The notes beneath the pieces were generated by a model that saw nothing but the letters and a program-made list of their open reading frames with translations, did no database searches and had not been told where the DNA came from. Made by a program: the position numbers and the translations under genes. From Centroscyllium fabricii (Eukaryota): a stretch of 64,000 nt of DNA. Below are positions 39,077 to 50,949 of this stretch, in pieces. The first letter of the stretch is position 1; each line of letters opens with the position of its first letter. The stretch is from the NCBI GenBank assembly GCA_051313645.2, contig JBNRSN020000005.1:169322001-169386000 (forward strand). Direction: 5' to 3'.

Positions 39077-40839
39077 TAGTTAATATCTAATAGAGAAAGC
39101 AAAGTATGCTAGACTGATCTAGATGACAAAATAATGATAGTACAGCACAAATAATAAACATGACTACAGTTGATAAAACTATCCACAAAACTATTTCATG
39201 TCATATCCATCACTTAACCTAGTGCACAATGAGGAAAAACCAAGGTGAGCCAACCAGTTTGGAATTTGCACATTAATGCACACAAGCTTTTGTCATCAGA
39301 CCTAGGAAATTGACTGGCATGGTCTGAAATAGCTTGAACACCACATTTATTTGAAAGAAAGACTTGCATTTTAATAGCACCTTTTGTGACCTCCGGATGC
39401 CCCAGGCACTTTGCAGCTAATGAAGTGCTTTTTTGAAGTGTAACCACTGTTGTAATGTTGTAAATTTGCATGCTCATGGGGCAATATTCAAAGCCTGGCA
39501 CCTCATGACACAGCTGCACATTTCAGTGGTACACACAAGTTTGATCAACCTCTTGATAAATGTGTATAGGTGAGCTTTAAGTGGTATTTCCAGCAAAATT
39601 GAAGGAGGTGGAAGTCCAGTATGTTAAATTCTGAACTTCCTTGAGGATTATTGCTCAGTATAATTGACCGAAACATTAAAGATCTGTCTTTTTAAAATAC
39701 TTAGTATACCCACGTAGCAGTGAAGATGGGCATGAGGTATACATTCTGTAAACCAAATATGCTGCCCCCCCCCCCCCCCCCCCCCAAAATACAAGTGTAT
39801 GCTAAATAGACATCACCTGTTCTTTGTTTCTAACTGTTCAAATCCGAACTCTAGGCCCAGCAGGTGACGAGGTCCAAGTTAAAATGGAATAAAAGACATC
39901 AATTTAACTTTGGCTAGTTTGATGGAAAGAAAAGTCTCTGGTTGTGCTAGATGCCTTGCTGTATGAAAAATGTCTGGCAAGATTCTGGATATATTGGAGT
40001 GAGTGAAAATCACACTTTAAGGAAATGAAAGGAACAAGGAAACAATCAAACTGCCTTTGTGCAGCATGTATGAGGCACTTTGGCCTCTTCTCCCAGAAGG
40101 AATTGAACCACTCCAATCTTCACGTCAGTCCACTGATGTGCAAGATTTTGACATATGGCTGAAGAGACTGAAAGTAACAGATGTGTCTCTAAACAGTGGC
40201 TAACAAATTGGATGAGTCCATATTGCAGGAGTTGGTGAAAGGTTTGAGGGAGGGCAGTGTGGCGATGGAAACGGTGGTCCTTACCTATGGAAGCAGTTGG
40301 GAAGTGGCCTCTTTCAAATTCTTGGGGCACTGCTTGTAGAACTCGTTTCCAGGTTACCAGTTTTTGCTGTCGGGAATCAATTATGCTGCAATAGTCACTT
40401 CATTTAGTGCTGTAAAGCAATCTGGAAAATCACCTTCATGGTCATACATATTCTGCCACAAAACATGGGTCTCTGTGGCCTTAACAGCCATTATGACACC
40501 CCAGAGTGACGAGGAGAATGAACTTTTCAGTGCAGTACTTCTGAAATTCCATTGTTATGTTCATCACCTGATCTCATCTGCAATCATGGGAATGGCTCCA
40601 TGAGGATCCAAGTCACCAATGGAGCACCACGCAGCAAAGAGAATTGGCAATGAACGTCTGAGCGATCAGCTAATTGTGGGAAATTTGGAAACACAAAAGA
40701 CTGCTAGAATTGTTGAGGCATATCAAGTAGATCTAAGTAACTGTAAAGCTGTAGAGGAATAAAAGTCAATTTACTGCCAGGTGAATTTGGATTAGGAATA
40801 CAGAGACTTGAGTGCTAACATTCTTCATCCCTGTTGCAT

Positions 40840-41262
40840 AGGAACATGGAAGATAGGAGCAGGAGTAGGCCATTCGGCCCCTCGAGCCTACTCCGCCATT
40901 CAATGAGATCATGGCTGATCATCCAAATCCAGTACCCTGTCCCTGCCTTCTCTTCATATCCCTCCTTAAGAAATAATATCCAACTCCTTCTTGAATATAT
41001 GTAATGAATTGGCCTCTACTGCCTTCCGTGGTAGAGAATTACACAGGTTCCCCATTCTCTGGGTGAATAAATTCCTCCTCATCTCTGTACTAAATGGCTT
41101 ACCCTTTATCCTTAGACTGGATGGACTCCCCTGCCATCAGGAACATCCTTCCTGCATCTAGTCTGTCCAGTCCTGTTAGAATTTTATAAGTTTCAATGCG
41201 ATCCCCTCCCATTCTTCTAAACTCCAGCGAGTATAAGCCCAATCGACCCAATCTCTCCTGAT
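40840..41262 (-). mobile_element. CR1 (HER1-like) 3' fragment
   Basis: YQERLGRLGLYSLEFRRM; CR1 tail. Confidence 0.85.
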
Positions 41263-43024
41263 ATGTTGCTGTTACTGGAAGTGTATTGGTTCTTTTAAAT
41301 GAGAACATAAGCGTTTCAATAAAAGCTTTATCTACATTTGTGCAATTTTATTTAAATACCTCAAGTGTGTGTTTCTATGATTCTTTCACCACCACAAATA
41401 ATTCCAATAAAAATAGAGTCCTCTTAAAAGAAAAAATAACCCCTCAGGACAATGATTAAAAGTACTGTCAGCAATATAATGTAAAATATATTTATGTACA
41501 TGTTTGAAACTTTTGTGTTTTTTTGTTGATTCTAGTAATAACTTGATAATACTAAAGACTGTGAGCATTTACAAGTGTGGATCAAGAAAGCATTGGCTGA
41601 GCTTGATCAACAGCCCACTATAATTTCCACTATTGTGGAGTCTTCCCAATTTGTTTAATCTCCTGAAAAAGGTAAAACCTTTAAGAAGCTATGAAATTTC
41701 TCCTGGAACCTGAAGATTATTTAGCAGAACTTGAGGATATTGATCTAGCATTACAGTCTACAGTATTCAACCCTCATTGATTGCACTCCATTACTGACTC
41801 CGTAGAACTGGAACCCGTATTGCATATAGAGTATTTGATTACCTGGCTCTATATGATTAACTTTCCATCCCATTCCTAACCAGCCATTCATCCATCTTTT
41901 TCAAAATATATTTGAAGAAGTTTGCTCCAGTCTTTCTCCTATGATTTTATACGCTGCCCTCCCCACCACTCCCAATTGCACTGCCTGCCCTTCCAGGAGT
42001 ACAGTTGCACAGCGCTTTAATGTCCTCCATTACCTTTACAGCTATTTTTTTCTAAAGGGCTCCACATTATGTTTGGTTAGGAGTCTGTTTCCCATATCCG
42101 GTATTCTCAGTATGGACACATTTTTAAATTTCTGCTCTTGCTTCAGGCTTCCCAGTTTTATACCAGTTGCCTCTAGTTTTACTATCACCTTCTCGAGTAA
42201 CCTACGCATCTGTTTTAAAGACTTGAATCACATCCCTTGTCCTCTTCAAATATTAATCAAATTCTGTGAGCATTACTTAGTCTTTTAAGTCCTAGAATTG
42301 TGATTTGCAGTGCACAAACTTGTCTGGAATGGTCCAGAAGGTGGCCCTGCATTAGCGACAAACTGGATAGAATCTGCTTAGCTTTCAATGCAGTGAATAG
42401 AAACTATCTCACTTAGTTTTATTTATTTACAACATTCTCAGTTATTGATCAGAATTTTCACAGGAGCTTGGTTGTTGCATACTATTTACAGCACATGAAC
42501 AGGCCATTTGGCCCAACTGGTTATGCAGGTGTTTACTACTGCAACAGCAACAACTTTTATTTATATAGCACCTTTTATCATAGTAAAACTTCCCAAAGCA
42601 CAACTCTGGAGCGTTATCAATCAAAATTTGACATCGAGCCATAGAATGAGGTACTGGGCGGGTGGGTTCCACATTCTCACCAGTCTGAATAAAGAAGTTA
42701 CACCTGAATTCTTTATTAGATTAATTTATGGTCCTTGGTTTTGGATTCCCCCCCCCCCCCCCCCCATAAGTGGAAACTTTTTTTTGTCTAACCTTTCTAA
42801 TTTTAAAGACCTCCTATCTGGTCACCGCTCGGTCGTCTTTTTTGTGTTGAGCAGCCAGATTTCTTGCATGAAATTATTTCCATGTGTCATCTCTGTTGTT
42901 AATCACTACAATTTCATGTATTCGCATTTAGGACCTTTAATCAATTCTGAGTTTACCTTCAGTTGGCTTGTCCATGTCAGTTGCCAGTGTTATTATTAAT
43001 TTCCACCAAAATTGCTTTTGACAT

Positions 43025-43590
43025 CGGGCTAAAAATTGACGGAAATTGAGTGGTAGCCCCGCCTCCCTCTTGGGGGTGCTGCGAGGGAATATCGCGGCGC
43101 TATGTGCCGTGATATTGCAGGCCTTCCTCTCCTTAAAGGGGAGAGGGGCCTTGCGCAGTGAGACCCAGGGCCCCTGGAGATCGGGAGCGCCGGCAAAAGA
43201 GCCCAGCACTTCAAGTGCCGGGCTCATGGAGTGCAGCTGGCACTCTGCGCGGCGGGCGGGCGGGGGGGGGGGGTAAGGCGGCCGGGGACTGGAGCGGAGG
43301 CAGATGCTGGCAGGTGGCCAGCACCCAAAATGGCTGCTCCACACCTCCTTTAAGTAGCGCCACCCCGGCCACAGGTCGTCCGTCGTCGTCCCCGTCACAC
43401 GCCCCCCCGTCGGCCGTAGCGTCTGTTGGTAAGTCAGAGGGCGCTCCCGAAGATCACAAATGGGGCACTGCACACACTGATGACTTCATCACCGGCGTCG
43501 TGGGACGCTACCGGTTACCGCTGCCTCTAACCTCCCGCTGAATTTCGCGGAAGGCAGCGCCCAGGTACTAGTTGCTTCGCACCCCGTTGC
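43025..43590. mobile_element. GC/CpG-rich island, probable Harbinger-type MITE remnant
   Basis: Starts GGGCTAAAAATT; abrupt GC shift; cttaaaggg motif as in the 35424 element; right TIR unclear. Confidence 0.45.
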
Positions 43591-43796
43591 CGTAGAACTC
43601 TTTTCCCCCCCCCCCCCCATATTTGGTCTTTTTGATAGTTGTATCAACCCTAGTCATTATCACTTGGCTCAGCTTATTCGGCCATTTTTCGTGAAACATT
43701 CTGTTTAATTTTTTGTGAAGCCAATAATGTCTATTGTTGCAAGTTTTTCTCTCATTACATTAATATAAAATAGTTTATCCTTGAGCATCTATTTAA

Positions 43797-43890
43797 TCTG
43801 ATGAAGGGTCCCCGACTCAAAACGTTGACTCTGTTTCTCTCTCTGATGCTGCCTGACCTGCTGAGTGTTTCCAGCATTTTCTGATTATAT
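43797..43890 (+). mobile_element. Second Penelope-like repeat family; other copies at ~34265-34395 and 53545-53690
   Basis: CTGATGAagggtc...gactcaaaacgttgac...gatgctgcctgacctgctgag..ttccagca; hammerhead GAAA mutated. Confidence 0.65.
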
Positions 43891-44767
43891 TTACACTTCT
43901 TTCTTTACCCTAAAAATTCCATCAGTCTCTTGGTCCTTCTAGTTCTGGTGTAATGAGTACTGATCATTGTGGGTTTTTTAAGCAACATTGATCAATAATA
44001 ATGCTTATGAAATCACACAATACTAAAAAAAAAAAGGCACTCATCTGGTCTTTGCAAAAAAAAAAAAAAAATTATTTTCAATATAATGTCTTGTGGTTAG
44101 AATTTCTTTGTCAATAATAATTTTGTTGCTTCAAATGTAGGTGGCTGTGAGCAGGAGGTTGACTAGAGAGTTTTGGAAGGAGTGTTTCCATCCATGATTC
44201 TGAATATTGTCAAGTTTCTGATCCAGTGGAACATGGGTATATCCCACAGGGAGAGAGGAAGCAAATCAGCGGATGAGTTGCTCCCGGCTGCGCTCTAACA
44301 TCTCTTAGCAATGTATTTGGGCAGCAGTGGTGAAGGCCTGGGAGCAGGTCAGATAGCCACTGTCTTAGCTGTGAAATAATGCATGGTGTGGGAAAACCTA
44401 AAAGCAAGGGCAATTGCCAAATGGGTCATAGAGTAACTTATGGTGGAGTAATTTACTTTCTTTACATTGCACATAGTTCTTATTTATGTGAAGTCGCTTT
44501 TAAGAGAAATCTGAAGGCTCAAAAGTAACATTCTAATTGTTCAGTATTGCCATCTAACTTGTTTTGAATTCTGTTTGGACTGTAGCTTCCATCTTGCATG
44601 ATATGTAGATGTTAAGCTTATGTAAGCAAAGGTGCATGTTTATACTTGTATACGCAAGGTTACATAGTATGGCAATTTTTTGAAGTATGGGCACAACAGT
44701 GAACTGCTGTACTCCTACTATCTTGCATAACTAAGTGGCGCAATCACTTGCCATTTTTATCTTTCAG

Positions 44768-44807
44768 TTGGCTCATGTGGCTGCTTTGAAGGTGAATGGC
44801 GATAAAG
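44768..44807 (+). CDS. GPCPD1: GPCPD1 small exon (LAHVAALKVNGDK)
   Basis: ctttcag|TTG...AAAG|gtacat; 40 nt; phase 1 matches the next exon. Confidence 0.85.
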
Positions 44808-44895
44808 GTACATATAGAGTTGGAAAGGTTCCACATGACATTTTGATTTAATAGTTATCTTTCAGAATTGTATCTTGGAAGTCCTTCTAAAAGCT

Positions 44896-45116
44896 AGAAG
44901 TCACACAACACCAGGTTATAGTCCAACAGTTTTATTTTAAATCACAAGCTTTCGGAGCGCTGCTCCTTCCTCAGGTGGAAGAGAACCACCTGACGAAGGA
45001 GCAGCGCTCCGAAAGCTTGTGACTTAAAATAAAACTGTTGGACTATTATAACCTGGTGTTGTGACTTCTTGCATTTGTCCACCCCAGTCCAACACCGGCA
45101 CCTCCACATCATGGCT
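44896..45116. mobile_element. Penelope-like inverted terminal-repeat pair (fold-back)
   Basis: 44896-44978 is the reverse complement of 44986-45069, with a 7-nt loop. Confidence 0.85.
44987..45021 (+). ncRNA. Minimal type I hammerhead ribozyme motif; second copy on the minus strand at 44943..44977
   Basis: CAC-CTGACGA-a-GGAGC-agc-GCTCC-GAAA-GCTT-GTG. Confidence 0.7.
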
Positions 45117-47025
45117 TATAAAAGCTGTCTTACTAATAGTCTTCCAAATGGCAATCTAGAAAATGGATGTTCTTTTTGAACCAGTTTGTTTTAAAACATG
45201 TTTAATTCTTTTGTGAATTAGTGTTTCTACATCAATAACCAGACTGCTTTTTGTTCTAAGAATGCTTCACATGGCACGCACTTGCTGCCAGTATCTATAA
45301 TGCTAGCCAGTGATGGAAATCAACAGATCTTAAACTGCAAAAAGATCAGTAAAATTCTGATTTAAAAAAAATAAATAAAAAAAAATAAAAAAATCAATTT
45401 GAAATGATTTCAAGGCTGGTATCTCCTCTTGGAGTTCGGGTGCCTGCTATAAACCTCTAAATCTCTTCATTCTTGCAGTTTGATATTTTCTGATACCCCT
45501 CAGTAATTGCAAGACAATAATATCAAGTATCCATTCTCAGTTTATTACAGTAAGATTCAGAATCTAAAATCCATATGAATGAGCATTTTTTCATTACTAT
45601 GGGGATCACTTGCATTGTTAAAGGCAAAAAATGCATTCATGTTTGTTATGTACCAGATTTATTTTAATTATCAGTTGGTTCTATGAGGTAATAAAACAAA
45701 CCTGCCCAGTTTTGTCAGCCTTAAACATGCAGCTTGAGTCTGTGAAAAATGGCAGATACATCTGTGGAGACCTGTTAAGGTTCAATTTCTGTAGAGTGGT
45801 AGAATGCTTTTTTCCCTCCCTGTTCTATTCCCTCATTGCCCTCAACTTTGATGTCTTGCTGAGTATGATTCCACAGGCAGCAGTTACTCTCCCATCACCC
45901 ACTTCCCCTTAACCAAGTGGCCATTATTCATGAGTTTTGATGGTGACTGTCACAAATTGTCTTGACCTGTTGCCAAAACACACACACTTTTAGTAGGGCC
46001 ATTGATCAGGAGTGGTAACCCTATGTCAGTTCTGTCCTCAATTAATGCGGGGTGCTCAGGCCAGCTGTAACATCTCCTCTGCTTCCATCATCCCCATATT
46101 TCCAGCCCCTGCCCTGTGTGAGGTCAGTTAACTTGGCGCAGACCAGTTGAAACTGAGACGCTAATGGTCTGTATTTCTTTGCTACTTTGGTCTATATTGG
46201 CTACTTCTTGGAAAATTAAGTGCTTTGAATAAGTAGTATTCCCCAGATTTTCCTTCCCCTTTAACTACCTCTAGTGTTTCTTAAATTTATTTTTGCACAA
46301 CCTTAATATAAATGGAACGTATAGTGAAGTGAAATTTATTTTTCCTTCTGAATGACCTATGCAATTTGGTCGTGACTCTCTTACTTAGCAGTAAGAGCAG
46401 TGAAATACAAATATTTCATAGTTTACCATGAAAGATTGACCATCATAGTCTTTCAGACATAGTTAAAAAGTTGCATTGCACATTTTTCATAAACGGTGGT
46501 TTGAGCTTCTGCTCGCCAATAGTGTTCCTATATTTCCACTAAGGAAAATTGAAAGACAATATTACCATCAGCCCCTCCCTAAAACCACCAGTTGCCTCTC
46601 AGATACCCATAGTTTAACATAAAAATTGTAATAGGATAATGTCATGGGAAGCTAGGTCACTTCTGAGTACACTGATCAAGGGATTGGAAATGCCAACAAA
46701 CACACGAGTGAGTAATGAAATTAAATCATCAATTTCACTATGAAACTAGTTCTAAATTTTGCTTTGAAGCAGAACATGTCTTGGGCAGCAAATTAAATTA
46801 ATTTCATCCATCAACCTTTTGGCATCTTTTGAAAGCAAGTCTGCTTGAAACACATTGTCAAAGTTTTGCTTTGTGTTTTCATTAAATTGAATGCATTAGC
46901 TGAGTTTTATATATTTAGTCTTTATTCTAACCATTGCTGTGTTTCTCCATGATTTTCTAGGAAGATGTTTAATTTGATTTGTGCAAAATTCATGTCTGAG
47001 TTCTTGTTTTTTTTTAATTCCATAG

Positions 47026-47087
47026 AAAATTCAGTGGATGATGAAAATGATGTTTCAGAAAACCAGCCATTTCCTCCCTTGCAGCAG
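47026..47087 (+). CDS. GPCPD1: GPCPD1 exon (ENSVDDENDVSENQPFPPLQQ)
   Basis: ccatag|AA...CAG|gtacat; 62 nt. Confidence 0.92.
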
Positions 47088-47425
47088 GTACATAATTTGA
47101 TGTACAAAATGTTGATTTATATAGAATGCCCAATAGGTAACTTTAGAACACCATTGATTGAGGGACTGCATGTGAGTTATGAGGATGTTAATGAGTGGAA
47201 TGAAAATGGTACTCCACTGTTACCATATATTTTGTTTACATAGGTATTTTCTTTACATGATTAGAGTTTAATGTATATTGTTTTTGCACTTCCAAGTTTC
47301 ATTTACTTGTGAAATTAATTGCCTATTTTAGAAAGCTGTTAATATTTATTTCTGAAATTTGATATGCATTCTACTCTTGTGGATCACATTTTAGCATGAA
47401 TTAAATATATAATTTATAATTTTAG

Positions 47426-47491
47426 GTTTTAGTATGTGTGCCTGAGCACATTGGATTCAACATTGAAGTTAAATGGCCTTATCAACAGAAA
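47426..47491 (+). CDS. GPCPD1: GPCPD1 exon (VLVCVPEHIGFNIEVKWPYQQK)
   Basis: ttttag|GTT...AAA|gtaagc; 66 nt; NIEvK motif. Confidence 0.93.
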
Positions 47492-47502
47492 GTAAGCAAT
47501 AA

Positions 47503-47900
47503 TTTTTTTTTTATTCCTTGGTGGGATGTGGGCGTTGCTGGTTGGCTAAGCCTGCATTTAGTGCCCATCCCTAATTGCCCTTGAAGATGGTGGTGAGCTG
47601 CCTTCTTGAACTGCTGCAGTCCATATGGTGTAGGTACACCCACAATGTTGCGTAGCGGTTGTTTACAACTGAGTGGCTTACTAGGCCATTTCAGAGGGCA
47701 TTAAGAGTCAACCACATTGCTGTGGGTCTGGAGTCACATGTAGGCCAGACCAGGTAAGGACGGCAGATTTCCTTCTCTAAAGGACATTAGTGAACCAGAT
47801 GGGTTTTTGCAACAATCGACAATGGTATCATGGTCGCCATTACTAAGACTAACATTTAAGTCCAGAATTAAATTGAATTGAATTTAAATTCCACCAGCTG
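47503..47900 (-). mobile_element. LINE 3'-end fragment; related pieces at 8400, 10490 and 52800..53100
   Basis: Shared gcccatccctaattgcccttga / ggccatttcagagggca.ttaagagtcaaccac / cattagtgaaccag blocks. Confidence 0.6.
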
Positions 47901-48135
47901 TCCTCAGTAGTACAACATTGTGCCGCTGTCTTTTTGTTGGGATGTGGTCCGTGCAGCAGACTGAAACTTATTTAGTGTTAGCATCATCATAACCTGCTAA
48001 GTTCTAGGGCAGAACCTCACTTGCATTACTTGACAGTTTATCCATTCTTGATCTCATTTGGTGGAGTAAATTGCAATCGTTTAATTTTCAGACTGGTGAT
48101 TTTTGTATTGGATGTTGGGGAGAGGATACGGGGTA

Positions 48136-48452
48136 AACATAGAAACATAGAAGATAGGAGCAGGAGTAGGCCATTCGGCCCTTCGAGCCTGCTCCGCCAT
48201 TCAATGAGATCATGACTGATCATCCAAACCCAGTACCCTGTCCCTGCCTTGTCCCCATATCTCTATCGAGCCTGCACCAACACATATCCCACCCTATCCC
48301 CGTAACCCCACATATTCAATCGCCCTAACACTAAAGGTCAATTTATCCTGGCCAATCAACCTAACCCGCACATCTTTGGACTGTGGGAGGAAACCGGAGC
48401 ACCCGGAGGGAACCCACGCAGACACGGGGAGAATGTGCAAACTCCACACAGA
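48136..48452 (-). mobile_element. HE1-like SINE lacking its tRNA head
   Basis: Tail and core as in 3193..3574; stops ~6 bp before MITE copy C. Confidence 0.85.
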
Positions 48453-48458
48453 AGGATA

Positions 48459-48990
48459 CAGGTTGTGCACCGAAAATCCGTGTCCCGAATAGCCGGCAGC
48501 TTCAGTCTGCCGGCACAAATTGCCCCGACTGCACTGCGCATGCGCAAGATGGCTGCCGCCATCGTGGCTTCAGCGAATGATCTGCGCATGCGCCGAGCGC
48601 ATGCACAGATCATTCAAAACAGCTGCCGGGTGTTTTGAATGATCTGCGCATGCGTCGCCGGACGGTTAGCGCATGCGCAGATAATTCAATACGGCCGCCG
48701 GTTATTTTCTCGACAGCTGAGCCCCGTGACTGAGGCGGACAGTCACTAGGCTACAGCTGTCGGCCTGAGTCCGGCTCGGCGGCAGCAGCAACCCGAAAGG
48801 CGATGGAGAGGGAAGGCGGACCCGGGCCCGATCTGCGCATGCGCGCGCCAGCCAATCCCAATGTTGTACGCATGCGCGCGGCCATTTTAAATGGTGCGCA
48901 TGCGCAGTGTCCAACCTCGTTCTCCCGGTTTTTTCTGTTTCCCGGCACGGGCCTGGTCCCGCCCGTGGCGGATTAATGGTGCACAACCTG
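48459..48990. mobile_element. NRF1-motif MITE copy C
   Basis: TA|CAGGTTGTGCACCGAAAATCCG ... CGGATTAATGGTGCACAACCTG|TA. Confidence 0.9.
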
Positions 48991-49595
48991 TACTAACATT
49001 GCTTAATTATTTGTCAACAATCACGCCCTTTTGTTAACTGATCGCAACGTTGTATTACTTGATTTGCAGCATAGTACTTGGTCTGAATTTTATATATATT
49101 TATTGTAATTGAATTGTTAACCTCATTTGTTTATGCAGAATGATGGAGCTTAGGTTTTCAGTTAATGGATATGGAAATTTAGGATACTTTCCACCTGTTG
49201 GACTAATAAAAGCATAGTCTTATTGACACTTAAATGCATGCAGAATGTTGTTGGACATCTTTATAAGTAAAGTAATACATCCGCTTTCATTAAACGCTAA
49301 ACACTAATTTACAAGTTACTTTTATAACTACCATTCAGAAAATGAAAGGGTATTTCAAGTTTTTAATGCACAGGAAAAGGCTTCAATCTGTAACTAAGCA
49401 TAGTGGATTAGCAAGTGTTGACTTGGCTTAGTTGGCAGCACTGTTGCCTCTGACTCAAGGTTGTGAGTTCAAGCCCAACTCCATTAATTGAGCAGGTAGT
49501 TGATGCTGACACTTCATTGCAGTGCCAAGGGTGTGCTGCATTGTTGAAGGTGGTGTCTTTCAGATTCAATGTTAAGCCAAAATCTTCTTGTACTA

Positions 49596-50281
49596 CAGGT
49601 TGAGCAGTGTTAATCCGCCACGGCCGGGACCAGGCCCGCGCCGGGAAATGGAAAAAACCGGGAGAAGGAGTTTGGACACTGCGCATGCGCGCCATTCAAA
49701 ATGGCCGCGCGCATGCGCGCCATTCAAAATGGCCGCGCGCATGCGCGCCATTCAAAATGGCCGCGCGCATGCGCGCCGCATTGCGATTGGCTGACGCGCG
49801 CATGCGCGCCGCATTGCGATTGGCTGACGCGCGCATGCGCGCCGCATTGCGATTGGCTGACGCGCGCATGCGCGCCGCATTGCGATTGGCTGACGCGCGC
49901 ATGCGCAGATCGGGCACAGGTCCACGTTCCCTCTCCATCGCCTTTCGGGTTGCTGCTGCCGCCGAGCCGGACTCAGGCTGACAGCTGTTGCCTAGTGACT
50001 GTCCGCCTCAGTCACGGGGCTCAGCTGTCGGGAAAATAACCATCGGCCGTATTGAATTATCTGCGCATGCGCTAACTGTCCGGTGACGCATGCGCAGATC
50101 ATTCAAAACACCCGCAGCTGTTTTGAATGATCTGCGCATGCGCTCGGCGCATGCGCAGATCATTCGCTGAAGCCACGATGGGGGCTGCCATTTTGCGCAT
50201 GCGCAGTGCAGTTGGGGCCATTTGTGCCGGCAGACTGAAGCTGCCGGCTATTCGGGACGCGGATTAACGGTGCTCAACCTG
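49596..50281. mobile_element. NRF1-motif MITE copy D (inverted relative to C), inserted into a Deu-SINE
   Basis: TA|CAGGTTGAGCAGTGTTAATCCG ... CGGATTAACGGTGCTCAACCTG|TA; the flanks rejoin as SINE sequence ttgtacTAtttgaagaagagcagg. Confidence 0.92.
49681..49906. repeat. Tandem repeats inside MITE D: 28 bp x3, then 33 bp x4
   Basis: (gcgcatgcgcgccattcaaaatggccgc)3 (gcgcatgcgcgccgcattgcgattggctgacgc)4. Confidence 0.93.
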
Positions 50282-50812
50282 TATTTGAAGAAGAGCAGGT
50301 GTCCTGACCAATATTCTTTAATGCATCTTTGACACTTGCTTTTAAATCTAGCATAGACTTGCGATTAACAGTTCTTTGTTGACCGTAGTGGGAAATTAAT
50401 TTAAGAAATATGAACCTAATAGGCACAGGTCTGCAGCACAAAACTGATTGCAGCTCTGCACTATTCCACTAAACAATTTTGTTGAGGGGCCATGAAGATA
50501 GCTGGTGTGGGAGTCTGCTATTGCAGCAGAAGGGAATTGGAGGAAGGAATTAGCAAAATAAATGTTCAAACTCTACTGTAGTTTTTTTAGTTTTTTTTTA
50601 GTTTTCAATCATGAATGGTTGGCATGGCTTGCAAGTCACTAATGTCAGACAAAGAATGCTGCAACTTATCATGTTTTACACTGTTTAATTTGAGGTTGCA
50701 CTTTATGCACTGTTTATATGCTGTTTTTAATTGTATTGGTTGTCTACAGAAAGTAAAACCAGTTTAAAAATGTTACATGCATGCATAATTGTGTATTTTC
50801 CTCTGTTAACAG

Positions 50813-50949
50813 GATGGTACCTGGGAGGGCAACATGCCAACCTATTTGGACATGAATCAAGCTATTGATATAATCCTAAAATGTGTCTTGGAAAATGTAT
50901 CTAATCGAAGAATAGTATTCTCCTCATTTGTTGCTGATGTCTGTTCAAT
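50813..50949 (+). CDS. GPCPD1: GPCPD1 exon (DGTWEGNMPTYLDMNQAIDIILKCVLENVSNRRIVFSSFVADVCSM)
   Basis: ttaacag|GAT...CAAT|gtaagt; 137 nt. Confidence 0.94.

Noticed and set aside
43025-43590. CpG-island promoter or gene (ORFs 42937..43473 and 43158..43541)
   Set aside because: Sharp boundaries and MITE-like ends; the ORFs are low-complexity GC artefacts.
43797-43835. Additional active hammerhead ribozymes (also ~34267 and ~53615)
   Set aside because: Core nucleotides are mutated or missing (AAAA for GAAA, CTGGTGA, truncation).
49588-50039. Repetitive ORFs (ARMRAALRLAD; RACAPHCDWLT) as proteins
   Set aside because: By-products of GC-rich tandem repeats inside MITE D.
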